Assembly: GCA_016235265.1 (NCBI GenBank)
Contig: JACRLI010000022.1
Location: forward strand, 9,257 to 73,256
DNA length: 64,000 nt
Direction of reading: 5' to 3'
Source of the DNA: Candidatus Eiseniibacteriota bacterium
GTDB taxonomy: Bacteria > Eisenbacteria > RBG-16-71-46 > JACRLI01
Position numbers and translations under genes: made by a program. This document shows, in pieces, positions 11,445 to 22,861 of this stretch. How positions within the stretch are numbered: position 1 is the stretch's first letter; the number at the start of each line of letters is the position of its first letter. Under the pieces are notes generated by a model that searched no databases, had not been told where the DNA came from, and saw only the letters and a list, made by a program, of their open reading frames with translations.

Positions 11445-13346
11445 GTGCCTGAGCGCTTCGCCGTGATCGGCACCGCCGGCCACATCGACCACGGCAAGAC
11501 CGCGCTGGTGCGCCGCCTCACCGGGGTGGACACCGACCGGCTCAAGGAGGAGAAGCAGCGGGGCATCTCCATCGACCTGGGGTTCGCACCGCTGGAGCTG
11601 CCGGGAGGGCTGCGCGCCGGGGTGGTGGACGTGCCCGGGCACGAGCGCTTCATCCACAACATGCTCGCCGGCGTGGGCGGCATCGACCTGGTGCTGCTGG
11701 TGGTGGCCGCCGACGAGGGCGTGATGCCCCAGACCCGCGAGCATCTCGCCATCCTGGACCTGCTGCACATTCCCCGCTGCGTGGCCGTGCTCAGCAAGTG
11801 CGACCTGGTGGACCCCGCGATGCTGCCGCTGGTGGAGGACGAGCTGCGCGAGGTGCTGGGCGCCACGCGATTCGCAGCCGCTCCCGTGGCGCGCTTCTCC
11901 GCGCGCACCGGCGAGGGAGCGGAGGCGCTCAAGGCCAGCGTGGCGGCGGCCCTCGGCGGCCTGCCGCTGCGCTCCGACACCGGCGCGGTGCGCCTGCCCG
12001 TGGACCGCGTGTTCACCCTGGAAGGCTTCGGCACCGTGGTGACCGGCACGCTGTGGCGGGGGCGGGTGCGCGTGGGCGACACGCTCACGCTGCAGCCCTC
12101 CGGCCGGAGCGTGCGGGTGCGCACCGTGGAGTCGCACGACCGGCGGGTGGAGGCCATCGGTGCGGGCAGCCGCGTGGCGCTCTCGCTGCATCCCCTGGCG
12201 CGCGACGAGGCGCGGCGCGGCGACTGGCTGGTCTCTCCCGGCTCCGCCGAGCCGCGACGGCGCGTGTCGGTGAGGCTCGAACTGCTGCGCGCCGCGCCGC
12301 GGCCGCTGGGCCAACGCACGCGGGTGACGTTTCACCTGGGATCCTCGGACTCGCCGGGCGTGTTGCGCCTGCTGGGTGTTCCCGGCCTCGAGCCCGGAGG
12401 CACCGCGCTGGCGCAGCTGGAACTTCGCCGTCCCGCGGTGGCCGAGCGTGGCGACCGCTTCGTGGTGCGCGCGGCCTCGCCGGCCGCCACGCTCGGGGGC
12501 GGCACGGTGATCGAGACGGGCGTGCAGCGCCACCGCGTGCACGACGCCGCGGGCCTCGAGCGTCTCGGGCGGCTGGAGCGGGGTACTGCCGCCGATCGGC
12601 TGGCCGAGGCGCTGGAGTCCTCGGCCGGCCCCATGACCCCGGCACAGTTGGAGCGCGCGGCCGAGTGCGCGCCCTCCGAGACACCACAGGCGCTCGCCGA
12701 GCTCGTGACCGCCGGCCGCGCGGCGCGCGTGGGCGGGGCCTACGTATCCGCGCGGCGGTTCGAGGAGGCGCGCGCGCTCCTGATGTCCGAGGTGGAGAGC
12801 CTCCGCCGGGAATTCCCGCTGCGCTTCGGGGTGGGCAAGGGCGAGCTCAAGAGCCGGCTGCAGCGCAGCGTGCCCGCGGCCCTCTTCGACTCGCTGCTGG
12901 CGCGCGCCGTGGCGGATGGCGTGCTGCACGCGCGCGAGGACCGGGTCTCGGCCACCGCGGAGGTCGCGCTGCCGGCGGACGCCGCCCGCGCGGCGGCCGC
13001 GATGCTCGAGGCCGCGCGCGAGGCGGGCCTGCAGGCGCGGCCGCCCGCGGAACTCGCGGCCCTGGGCGGGCCGCAGGGCGCGGAGGTCCTGGCGCGGCTG
13101 CTGTTCGAGCGCAGCCTGGTGAAGCTCGGGCCAGACCTGGTGTTCGATCCGGCGGCGCTCGTGGCCGCGTCGGCCCTCGTCCGCGAGCGGCTGCACACCG
13201 CGCCGAGACTCGCGGTCTCCGACTTCAAGGACCTGTTCGGATTGTCCCGGAAGTACCTCGTGCCGCTGCTGGAGCACCTGGACGCCGTGGGCGTGACCCG
13301 GCGGGAGGGGGACGTTCGCGTGGCGGGAGGACCGGGGAAGGGGTGA
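11445..13346 (+). CDS. selB: Selenocysteine-specific translation elongation factor (alternative start 11391)
   Basis: GTAGHIDHGKT, DTDRLKEEKQRGISIDLGF, DVPGHERF, MPQTREH; C-terminal winged-helix LSRKYLVPLLEHLD. Confidence 0.95.
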   Translation: MPERFAVIGTAGHIDHGKTALVRRLTGVDTDRLKEEKQRGISIDLGFAPLELPGGLRAGVVDVPGHERFIHNMLAGVGGIDLVLLVVAADEGVMPQTREHLAILDLLHIPRCVAVLSKCDLVDPAMLPLVEDELREVLGATRFAAAPVARFSARTGEGAEALKASVAAALGGLPLRSDTGAVRLPVDRVFTLEGFGTVVTGTLWRGRVRVGDTLTLQPSGRSVRVRTVESHDRRVEAIGAGSRVALSLHPLARDEARRGDWLVSPGSAEPRRRVSVRLELLRAAPRPLGQRTRVTFHLGSSDSPGVLRLLGVPGLEPGGTALAQLELRRPAVAERGDRFVVRAASPAATLGGGTVIETGVQRHRVHDAAGLERLGRLERGTAADRLAEALESSAGPMTPAQLERAAECAPSETPQALAELVTAGRAARVGGAYVSARRFEEARALLMSEVESLRREFPLRFGVGKGELKSRLQRSVPAALFDSLLARAVADGVLHAREDRVSATAEVALPADAARAAAAMLEAAREAGLQARPPAELAALGGPQGAEVLARLLFERSLVKLGPDLVFDPAALVAASALVRERLHTAPRLAVSDFKDLFGLSRKYLVPLLEHLDAVGVTRREGDVRVAGGPGKG

Positions 13347-13382
13347 ACAAGGCATCCGGGGCCCCCCAGGCCCGGGCTGCCT

Positions 13383-15167
13383 TCAGGAGGCTTCCGGGGC
13401 CTGCTTTCCCCCGGGTTTGCGCGGCCGCACGATCAGCGTCTTCGCCCGCTCCACCGTGACCTTGCCCGGCCCGCCCCGCGCGCGGCGCACGTGGCGCTTC
13501 TCGGCCACCAGCACCGACACGCGCGAGGAATTCCGGTCCTTGCTCATCCACGCCGCGTAGCCGGCCACCTCCTCCAGCGTGTGGCGGCTGGGATCGCCCG
13601 GCTGGCTGTCGCGCCGCAGCACCACGTGGGAGCCGGGCACGTGGGCGGCGTGAAACCACAGGTCGCCGGGTCGCGCCAGCTTATGGGTCAGGAAATCGTT
13701 CTGGCGGTCGTTGCGGCCCACCAGCACCGCCCAGCCCTCCTCGCTCACCACGCGGGACACCTCGCCGGCGCCGGAGCCTTCCTCGCGCGCATCGCTGCCC
13801 TTGCGCCCTGCCCGCGGCTGGCCCGCGCCACGCGCGCCGGCGCCGCGGTCTCCCGCCCTGCCGCCGCGCGCACCCGGCGGTCCTCCGCCGCGCGCGCCGG
13901 CGCCGCCTCGTCCCGCGCCCGCGTCACCGGCGCGCGGGCCCGCTGCGTCTGCGCCGGCGCGTTCCTCCTCCAGCACCCCCATGGCATCCAGGTCCCGCCA
14001 GCCGGCCGAATCCAGGATCCGCCCCGCCTCGGCGGCTGCGCCTTCCAGCTCCGCCTGCACTTGCGCGCGGCGGCCGGCCAGCATCGAGGAGCGGCGCGCC
14101 AGGCGCGCGGCGCGCCGGAGCATCTCGGTGGCGTTCTCCACGCCGGTGCGCGTGGGGTCGAGCTCGATGGCCACGGTTGCCGCGGGATCTTCGAGGTCGG
14201 GCAGCTCCGCGAGCGAGGTGCCGCGCGGCAGGCCGGCGCCGTGCGCCAGCAGGGTGTGGGCCTGCCGCTCGATGCGCTGTACCAGGCCCGCCTCGTCCGC
14301 CTCCGCCGACAGCTTCTCCAGGGCCCGCGCAGCGCGGGCCTGGCGCTGCAGCGCCCCGCGGGCGGCGGCGCGGCGCGCCACCAGCAGGCGGGCCGGCTCC
14401 AGGTGCGCGCGGTCGAGCCGCTCGAGGGCCTCCATCACCGAGGGCACCGGCTCGGGCTCGACCCCGAGGTGGGTGAGACGCACTCCGCTCACCACCGCGG
14501 GTCGCGCACCCGGGCCATGCAGCCAGGCGCGCCCGCCATGGGCCGCCTCGTCGAGCACCTCGGCCGCGGCGCGGGCCACGGCGCCGGGCTCGTCGCTGCC
14601 GGCACGCGTTCGCACCTCGCGCGCCACCGGAACGGTGAACGCGAGGGAAAGACGCGCCAGCGCGGTGTCGCGGAGCGGCTCGGGATGCTCCCGGATCCAA
14701 CCCTCGAGGACTTCCTCGCCGGGAGGGCCCTCGGTGGCGCCGGGGGCGAATGTGGGAAGCGAACTCGTCCACGGCCGGTCGGAGGGGCGTCGGTGGCCCG
14801 CACGGACCTCGTCGCCCGAGAGCAGCAGCAGGCAGGGGCGGGGAGGGCCGACCAGCGAGATCTCGAGCGGACCTGAGACCACCTCGCCGAAAAGGCGCAG
14901 CCGGCCGGGCTCGGCGGCGGCCCCGGTGGCCTGCCAGCCGGTGAGCGCCTGGTCCATGTACTCCAGGGAGATGGGCAGGCCCTTCAACGCGTCCGCCGCC
15001 GCGGGGCAGATGCCGCAGCAGCCTTCGTCCAGCAGCAGCGCCCAGCGATTCCGGTCCAGGCGCAACGCCACCCGTCGCGGGTCCAGGCGCGCGAGCCCCC
15101 CGAAGCGCGCGCCACGGGTGCGCTCCGCCCACTCGGAGGCGAGGCGCCGGCAGGTAAGCAGGTCCAC
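13383..15167 (-). CDS. NFACT family protein (RqcH/FbpA-like ribosome quality-control factor), divergent
   Basis: IELDPTRTGVENA coiled-coil motif; C-terminal NFACT-R VGRNDRQNDFLT...DLWFHAAHVPGSHVVL; GTG start at 15167 directly after the upstream stop. Confidence 0.8.
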   Translation of the reverse strand: MDLLTCRRLASEWAERTRGARFGGLARLDPRRVALRLDRNRWALLLDEGCCGICPAAADALKGLPISLEYMDQALTGWQATGAAAEPGRLRLFGEVVSGPLEISLVGPPRPCLLLLSGDEVRAGHRRPSDRPWTSSLPTFAPGATEGPPGEEVLEGWIREHPEPLRDTALARLSLAFTVPVAREVRTRAGSDEPGAVARAAAEVLDEAAHGGRAWLHGPGARPAVVSGVRLTHLGVEPEPVPSVMEALERLDRAHLEPARLLVARRAAARGALQRQARAARALEKLSAEADEAGLVQRIERQAHTLLAHGAGLPRGTSLAELPDLEDPAATVAIELDPTRTGVENATEMLRRAARLARRSSMLAGRRAQVQAELEGAAAEAGRILDSAGWRDLDAMGVLEEERAGADAAGPRAGDAGAGRGGAGARGGGPPGARGGRAGDRGAGARGAGQPRAGRKGSDAREEGSGAGEVSRVVSEEGWAVLVGRNDRQNDFLTHKLARPGDLWFHAAHVPGSHVVLRRDSQPGDPSRHTLEEVAGYAAWMSKDRNSSRVSVLVAEKRHVRRARGGPGKVTVERAKTLIVRPRKPGGKQAPEAS

Positions 15168-15168
15168 G

Positions 15169-15918
15169 TCAGGGGCCGCCGGGTGCGGCAGGGTTGGCCG
15201 CACCGCCCGGGGCGGGCAGCGTGGTTCCGTTACCCGCGCCCCCCAGGCCCAGGCGCGAGCCCTCGAACGGCTCGGAGCGCAGCACCACGGAGCGGTCGCC
15301 CAGGCCGGAGACACCCAGCATCACCCGCATCAGCGAGCGCGCGATGCCCAGGCCACCGCCCTTGTCGGACTCGGCCTGCACCTCGCCGCGCAGCCAGCCC
15401 TCGACCTCGGTGAGGTCGTGCAGCGTGAGCGTCTTGATGTCCGCGCGGATCACCAGGTAATAGCGGTTCTCATCCTGCAGCTTGTCCAGCGGGGCGGTCT
15501 TCAGGTGCACGTGCCGGCTCACGCCGGCCTCCGCCTCCTCCGCGGTGAGGTACTGCCGGATGTCGGGTCCCAGGCCGGCCACCGCGTAGATCTCCTGCCA
15601 CGGGTCGTAGCGCAGCCGCACCTCCAGCGTGCGGGAGGCGATGAGCGCGTCGAACCAGTGGCTGCGCTCGCGCCACAACTCCACCGTGTAGAGGAAGGTC
15701 AGCGGGCGGCCGTGGCGCAGGTCGTCATGGGTGCGGCCCTCCAGCGCATGCAGCAGGCTGAAGTCGGTCCAGCACCAGCCCGAACCGGCTTCCACCTGCT
15801 CCAACTCCAGCCGCAACGGGGGGCGCTCCGCCTTCTCCGCCCTGCCCGAGTCCTGCGCGCGCGCGGGGATGGCCACGGCGGCGAGGAGCAGGCAGGCCAG
15901 GGCGGCGCGGCGGAACAT
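15169..15918 (-). CDS. DUF4390-like periplasmic protein
   Basis: Signal peptide MFRRAALACLLLAAVAIPARA; LRHGRPLTFLYTVEL...WFD...LRYDPWQEIY pattern; NtrYX context. Confidence 0.7.
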   Translation of the reverse strand: MFRRAALACLLLAAVAIPARAQDSGRAEKAERPPLRLELEQVEAGSGWCWTDFSLLHALEGRTHDDLRHGRPLTFLYTVELWRERSHWFDALIASRTLEVRLRYDPWQEIYAVAGLGPDIRQYLTAEEAEAGVSRHVHLKTAPLDKLQDENRYYLVIRADIKTLTLHDLTEVEGWLRGEVQAESDKGGGLGIARSLMRVMLGVSGLGDRSVVLRSEPFEGSRLGLGGAGNGTTLPAPGGAANPAAPGGP

Positions 15919-17239
15919 CAGAAGGTCCTGTTCATCCGGAAGGAGAGCCGGGGACCGCCGTGGCCGGCGTTCAACCCCTGGGCGGCATACACGTGGAACC
16001 CGTCGCTGCCGGTCTGAAGGCCCAGGCCGGCGTCCCACGCGGGGCGCGTCGGGTCACCCTCGGCGCGCCACGCATGGCCCACCTCGGTGAACAGCACCAG
16101 TTCCAGCGCGCGGAGCGTCTCGTCGCGGTCCAGCAGCGCGACGTGCTGCCCCAGGTTCATGGAGTACTCGACATTCAGCAGGTAGTAGCGGTCGCCCGCC
16201 TGTTCCTTGTACTCGTGGCCGCGCAGCGTGCCCACGCCGCCCACGGTGAACTCGTCCTGCGCGGTCAGGCGCCCGCCCAGGCGCGCGCCCGCCGCGGCCC
16301 GCACGTTCAGCCACAGCCCCGGGGCCAGCTTGGAGGTCCAGCGCGACTCCACCTTGGCCCGCGAGTACCCGAAGTCGCCGCCCAGGAACCCCCCCGCGGC
16401 GCGCGCCTCCGCGTGCAGCTCCACGCCCGGCCGGGGCGCGGGCCGGCCGCCCCGTGAGCTCAGCCACAGGGCGGCGGAGACCTCGTGCAGCACGCCGGCG
16501 TCGTAGACGGGGTTGGCGCGGAACTTCCGGTCGCCGCCGAACAGGGTCCAGGTCTCGGTGCGCGCCCGGAGCGCGACGAGGTCGTCGGAGCGAAAGCCCG
16601 CGGTGAGCCCGCCGGACTCGCCCCACGCGATCCTTGCGAACGCCGATGCGCCGTTCCGCCCGAAGTAGTCGAGGTAGTCCTGTCGCAGGAGCAGCGCCGA
16701 AAGGGTGTTCTCGGTGCGGCTCAACAGCGTCCAGTCCGGGGAGTCCGTGAGCCGGTAGATCCGGCCCCCCACCGCGATATAGGGGCGCAGCCCAAGCGGT
16801 TGCTCCAGCCCGACCGAGTAGTTCCACTGGCCGCGGCCGACGGAGTAGCTGGCTTCCAGCTCGGCCCGCGGGTACATGGGCTCCGGGGGACGCGGCGTGA
16901 GCCGGGCCCCGAGGCGCAGCTGGTCCACCCGGTTGTAGTCTCCCGCGAGGGTGATCTCCCGCTGGTGGCGCAGCCGCTCGCGCAACCGCCGGAGGCCGTC
17001 GAGGCGGCGGTCCGGCCGCGGGCCGAACGGCGCGAGGCTGTCCCCGGGAAACGGCACCGGCGGAGCGGGGGACAGCGAGTCGCCGCCCGCCGTCGTGGTG
17101 TCGCGCGGCTGGCGCACGATGCCCAGCACCCACGGCGACGCGGCCTCGGCCAGCGCGCCGCCCGGGGAGAGGCCCGGATGCGCCTGTGCCGCCTGCGGCA
17201 GGCCCAGGACCGCGACCGCGAGCACCAGCGCGGCCCTCC

Positions 17240-17243
<4 letters not shown>
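15918..17243 (-). CDS. Omp85/BamA-TamA family outer-membrane beta-barrel protein
   Basis: Signal peptide; YNRVD motif; FTVGGVGTLRGH (Omp85 L6 loop-like); amphipathic beta strands; terminal Phe (RTF). Confidence 0.75.
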
Positions 17244-18597
<1,354 letters not shown>

Positions 18598-18601
<4 letters not shown>

Positions 18602-20166
18602 GCGTCCTCCTCCAGCGGAATCCACAGGTCCACGCGGGCGCCGCCGCCCGCCTCGTTGCCCAGCGTCACCTCGCCGCCGTGCGCCTCGGCGATGCGGCGC
18701 ACCATCGCCAGGCCCAGGCCGGTGCCGTGGGTCTTCTCGGTGAAGTACGGCTCGCCCGCGCGTTCCAGCGCATCCGTGCCGAACCCGGGCCCGCCGTCGC
18801 GCACGCGCAACCGGAAGCCGGTCCGCGCGCGGCGCGTTTCGGCTGCCGCCTCCACCCACACCGGCCCGGCGCCGCGGGTGGCGTCCGAGGCGTTCTGGAT
18901 CAGGTTGTGCAAGGCCTGCCGCAGCTGCCCCTCGTCCACGCGCGCGGTCAGGCCCTCGGGGGCCGCGTGGGCCAGGCGCATCCGGCCGCCCTCGTACATC
19001 TCGGCCACGGAGCGTACCACCGCGGCGACGTCGGCGGGCCGGCGATCCGGCTCGGGCAGCCGCGAGAAGCGCGAGAACGCATCGGCCATCCGGCGCAGCG
19101 ACTCCACCTCCCGATCCACCGAGTCCAGGCTTTCCGAGAGCCGGTCGCGCTCGGCGGGCTCGAGCTTCTCCTCCAGCCCGCGCAGGCGGTGTACCGCCAG
19201 CTTCACCGGGGTCAGCGGGTTCTTGATCTCGTGCGCGATGCGCCGCGCCACTTCACGCCAGGCCGCTGCCCGCTCGGCGCGGGCGAGATTGCGCCGGCTG
19301 GATTCCAGGTCGGCGCGCATGGCTTCGAACGCCGCCGCCAGCTCGCGCACCTCGAACCCGCCACCGGCCACGGGCTCGCCGGCCTCCCCGCGACTCAGCG
19401 CCCCCATGGCGCGCGCCAGCGACTCCAGCGGGCGCGTGACGCCCTGCGCCAGCGCGGACGCGGCCAGCCATGAGAGTACAATCACCAGGGTCAGGATGCC
19501 CAGAGTTCCGAGCAGCAGGCCCCCGCGCGCCACGCGCCGGTAGTCCTCCAGCTCGTCGTAGAACGCCTGGGCCTCGATGATGTTGGTGAGCGGGCCCTGT
19601 ACCCCCGGCGGGAGCGGGGTCATCGCGGTCCAGCGGCGCGCGCCGTCCACGTGGACCAGGGCGAGGTGCTGCGGACCCGCGACCACCAGGGTGTCGCCGA
19701 CCATGGAGTGCAGGCGCCGCTCCAGCACACCGTGCGGGGCGGTGCGTCCGGGCTTGACGAGCCAGCGAGCTCGGTCGGGCCGGCGGGCGGGGGCCACCGC
19801 CACTGCGTCGAATGGCGAGCGGGCCAGGCCCGCCGGGGAGATACCCGTCGCCGGAACCTCGCGGTCGGCGCCCGGAGCATCCGGAGCCTCTCCCCCCGGG
19901 AGGGCGCCGCGCGCCGGGGCAGCCGATGCCGCGATGAGTGTGTCGAGATCATCCTCGAGCGCGGGACGCCGCTCGGACAGCAACTGGCGGGCCACGCCCA
20001 GTGAGCCCTCCAGCGCGCGGCTCACCGCCGGCGTGCGCCACAACTCCAGGCTGGCGTCGAGGGTGCGGTAGGCCAGCGCGGCCAGCAGCAGGCTGGGCGC
20101 GGCCGAGAAGGCGAGGAAGGTGAGGAAGAGCCGGTGTCGCAGCCGGGCCGGCGGACGTCCGGGCAT
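18598..20166 (-). CDS. HAMP-domain sensor histidine kinase (NtrY-like)
   Basis: Two TM segments, HAMP, AWREVARRIAHEIKNPLTP H-box, NLIQNA, DGGPG, PYFTEK and GTGLGL boxes. Confidence 0.92.
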
Positions 20167-20190
20167 CGGAAGGAATGACTCCCCGGGCCG

Positions 20191-21261
20191 TCAGGCCCGC
20201 TTCAACAGGTCGGCGCCCAGCTGTCCGCAGGCCGCGTTCACGTCCTTGCCCTGGCTGAAGCGCAGCATCACCCGGTGTCCCTTCGACTCGAGGTAATCGC
20301 GGAACTGGTTGGCGCGCAGGCTGCTCTTGAAGGGGGTGCCGGGAGTGGGGTTCCAGTTGATGAGGTTCAGCTTGTGCGGAAACTCGCGCACCAGCTGCGA
20401 AAGCCGGCGCGCGTCGGCCGCCGAGTCGTTGAACCCGCCCAGCAGCACGTACTCGAAGGTGAGCTGGCGCTGGCCGCTCTCGGCGTAGTGGCGCACCGCC
20501 TTGAGCAGCTCCTCGAGCGGCCACTTGCGGTTGATGGGCATGATCTCGCTGCGCTGCTCGTCCGTGGGTGCGTTGAGCGAGACGGCCAGGTTGACCTGCA
20601 GCGGTTCCGCCGCCAGCTTGCGGATGCCGGGCACCACCCCCGCCGTGGAGATGGTGAAGTGCCGCGCCCCCAGGTTCAGGGTGCGCTCGTCGTTGGCCAG
20701 CCGGATGGCCGCCAGCACCCGGTCGTAGTTGTTCATCGGCTCGCCCATGCCCATGAAGACCACGTTCACGTGACGCTCGGCGGGGGCGCGCAGGCGCAGC
20801 ATGAGGATCTGCGCCAGGATCTCCCAGGGCTGGAGATTGCGCAGCAGGCCCATCTTGCCGGTGGCGCAGAAGTGGCAATCCAGCGCACAGCCCACCTGGG
20901 AGGACACGCACAGGGTGTGCAGCCGGGGGGTCTGCAGGTGCACGCACTCCACGATCTTGCCGTCGTGCAGGCGGAGCGCCAGCTTGGCGCTGCGGTCCTT
21001 GAGCGAGGGGGCCTCGCGCACCACGCTGGGCAGGCCGAGCTCGAACACCTCGCCGAGTTCATCCCGCAAATGCTTGGGAATATTGGCCATCAGCGTGGGA
21101 TCGGTGACCCCTCGAAAGACCCACGCCAGGACCTGGGCGGCGCGGTAGCCATCCCAGCCGTGCTCCACGAAGTCCCGTTCCAGCTGCAGCGGGTCACGGC
21201 CGAGTATGTGCGGTCGAAGGCTGTACACGGGGGTTGGCTCTCCGGGAAGGCGTGGCGGCAA
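20191..21261 (-). CDS. rlmN: 23S rRNA (A2503-C2) / tRNA methyltransferase, radical SAM; start uncertain
   Basis: CVSSQVGCALDCHFCATG, VFMGMGEP, LAVSLNA, FEYVLL and AACGQL motifs. Confidence 0.95.
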   Translation of the reverse strand: MPPRLPGEPTPVYSLRPHILGRDPLQLERDFVEHGWDGYRAAQVLAWVFRGVTDPTLMANIPKHLRDELGEVFELGLPSVVREAPSLKDRSAKLALRLHDGKIVECVHLQTPRLHTLCVSSQVGCALDCHFCATGKMGLLRNLQPWEILAQILMLRLRAPAERHVNVVFMGMGEPMNNYDRVLAAIRLANDERTLNLGARHFTISTAGVVPGIRKLAAEPLQVNLAVSLNAPTDEQRSEIMPINRKWPLEELLKAVRHYAESGQRQLTFEYVLLGGFNDSAADARRLSQLVREFPHKLNLINWNPTPGTPFKSSLRANQFRDYLESKGHRVMLRFSQGKDVNAACGQLGADLLKRA

Positions 21262-21269
21262 ATAATCCG

Positions 21270-21317
21270 TTGGATGCGCAACGCTCGTATGGTATCATTA
21301 TACGTCAGGCGGGTCAA
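21270..21317. promoter_or_regulatory. Overlapping divergent sigma-70 promoters (arsR-ppx on +, rlmN operon on -)
   Basis: Plus strand TTGGAT-17-TATCAT with TG extension (21270-21298); minus strand TTGACC-17-TACCAT with TG extension (21317-21289). Confidence 0.55.
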
Positions 21318-21347
21318 TGAAGGCCGCCATTGCCCAATTGAGGACCC

Positions 21348-21746
21348 ATGAAGAAACCCGACGAATCCCGCTGGCCACAGATTTTCAAGGCGTTGGGCCA
21401 CCCGGTGCGCTTCCGCCTCTACCTCGAGGCGTGCGCAAAGCCCCTGACGGTCAGCGAGCTCGTGGCGCTTTCCGGCCGCAGCCAGCCCGCCGTATCCCAG
21501 TACCTCAATGCGCTGCGCCGCGCGGGCCTGGTGCGGGTCACCCGCAAGGGCCGCAACATGATCTACGAGGCGCTACCGGTGGACTGGTCGGCCCAGCGCA
21601 GCCTCGAGGCGCTGGGACTCGACGGGGGACCGGTCCGGGAAGCCGCGGTTGCCGCGGCGCCTTCCGCCGAGGTCGAGGTCTTTCCCGAGTTCACCACCGC
21701 CCAGGCACCTGCCGTTCGCGATTCCGGCGAAGACTACCTGCTCTAG
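21348..21746 (+). CDS. ArsR/SmtB family transcriptional regulator with an acidic C-terminal tail
   Basis: FKALGHPVRF...LTVSEL...SQPAVSQYLNALRRAGLV...RKGRNMIY. Confidence 0.88.
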   Translation: MKKPDESRWPQIFKALGHPVRFRLYLEACAKPLTVSELVALSGRSQPAVSQYLNALRRAGLVRVTRKGRNMIYEALPVDWSAQRSLEALGLDGGPVREAAVAAAPSAEVEVFPEFTTAQAPAVRDSGEDYLL

Positions 21747-21752
21747 TCGCCG

Positions 21753-22709
21753 ATGAGCCGGGTGCGCTCGGAGCGCCGCGCCGCCATCGACATCGGGACC
21801 AACTCGGTCCGCCTGCTGGTGGCCGACGTTCATCCCGACGGGCGCGTGTGCGCGCTCGTCCAGCGGGGCACCGTTACCCGGCTGGGCGAGGGGCTGGACG
21901 CCTCCGGCAGGATCTCCGAGTCGGCCGCCGCCCGCACCTTGAAGGCCATCCAGGAAGCTCTCTCCGAGGCCCGCGCCACCGGCGCGGGCCCGATCGTGCT
22001 CGCGGCCACCAGCGCGTTGCGCTCCGCATCCAACGGGTCGGAGATCTCCGCCTCGATCGAGCGGCTCGCCGGGCTGAAGCTGCGCGTGCTGAGCGGTGAG
22101 GAGGAAGCCCGGCTGGTGTTCGGGGCGGTGCAGGCGGGTCAGCCCGGGACGGGCCCCGTCGTGGTGATGGACATCGGCGGCGGCAGCACCGAGTTCGCCT
22201 TCGGCAGCGGCCGGGATCTGGCCGCCACGCGGAGCCTCGACCTGGGGTGTGTGCGTCTGTTCGAGCGGGCGATCCACCGGGGGGGCCTGGAGGGCGAGGC
22301 CGGATACCGGGCGGCCCGGGAGCAGATGCGCGAGGCCCTGGCCGCGGAGTGCGGGGGCTTGAGGGCTGGGTACGCCGGCGCGCCAATTCGCGGGGTGGGG
22401 GGCACCTTCACGGCCTTCGCGATGGTCCAGCGCGGAAGCCAGAGGTACGAGCCCGGGAGCCTCGAAGGCACCACCTTGACGGCGGCCGACGAGGCACGTA
22501 TCTCCTTGGCGCTGAGAGTGATGCCCTTGGAGGAGCGGCGCCGGCTGGTGGGTGAGGGCCGGGCGGACCTGGTGCTGGCGGGTGCCGCCATCCTGGACGA
22601 GGCGGTGGAGTGGTTCCGGGCGTCCGAGGTGCAGGTGTCCACCCATGGCCTGCGCTACGGGCTGCTGCACGAGGTGAACCGGCAGGGGGCCGGTCCGGGC
22701 GGGTCATGA
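21753..22709 (+). CDS. ppx: Ppx/GppA family phosphatase (single-domain exopolyphosphatase)
   Basis: AAIDIGTNSVRL, TRLGEG, ATSALRSASN, LSGEEEARL, DIGGGSTE, RADLVLAGA and GLRYG motifs. Confidence 0.9.
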   Translation: MSRVRSERRAAIDIGTNSVRLLVADVHPDGRVCALVQRGTVTRLGEGLDASGRISESAAARTLKAIQEALSEARATGAGPIVLAATSALRSASNGSEISASIERLAGLKLRVLSGEEEARLVFGAVQAGQPGTGPVVVMDIGGGSTEFAFGSGRDLAATRSLDLGCVRLFERAIHRGGLEGEAGYRAAREQMREALAAECGGLRAGYAGAPIRGVGGTFTAFAMVQRGSQRYEPGSLEGTTLTAADEARISLALRVMPLEERRRLVGEGRADLVLAGAAILDEAVEWFRASEVQVSTHGLRYGLLHEVNRQGAGPGGS

Positions 22710-22763
22710 TAACCCGCAGGCAAAGATTCTTGGGATTGTAGCAACTATTTTGTCACACACCCG

Positions 22764-22792
22764 TGGACTGCCACCGGGTCCGCGCCTATACT
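22764..22792 (+). promoter_or_regulatory. Putative sigma-70 promoter of the peptide / TPR-activator unit
   Basis: TGGACT, 17-bp spacer, TATACT in an AT-richer intergenic region. Confidence 0.5.
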
Positions 22793-22861
22793 TTGGTAGC
22801 TGGACATGCTCTGTTTTCCACCCACGGGTTGTGCAAACCCGTAACGAAAGGAGTTGATGCT

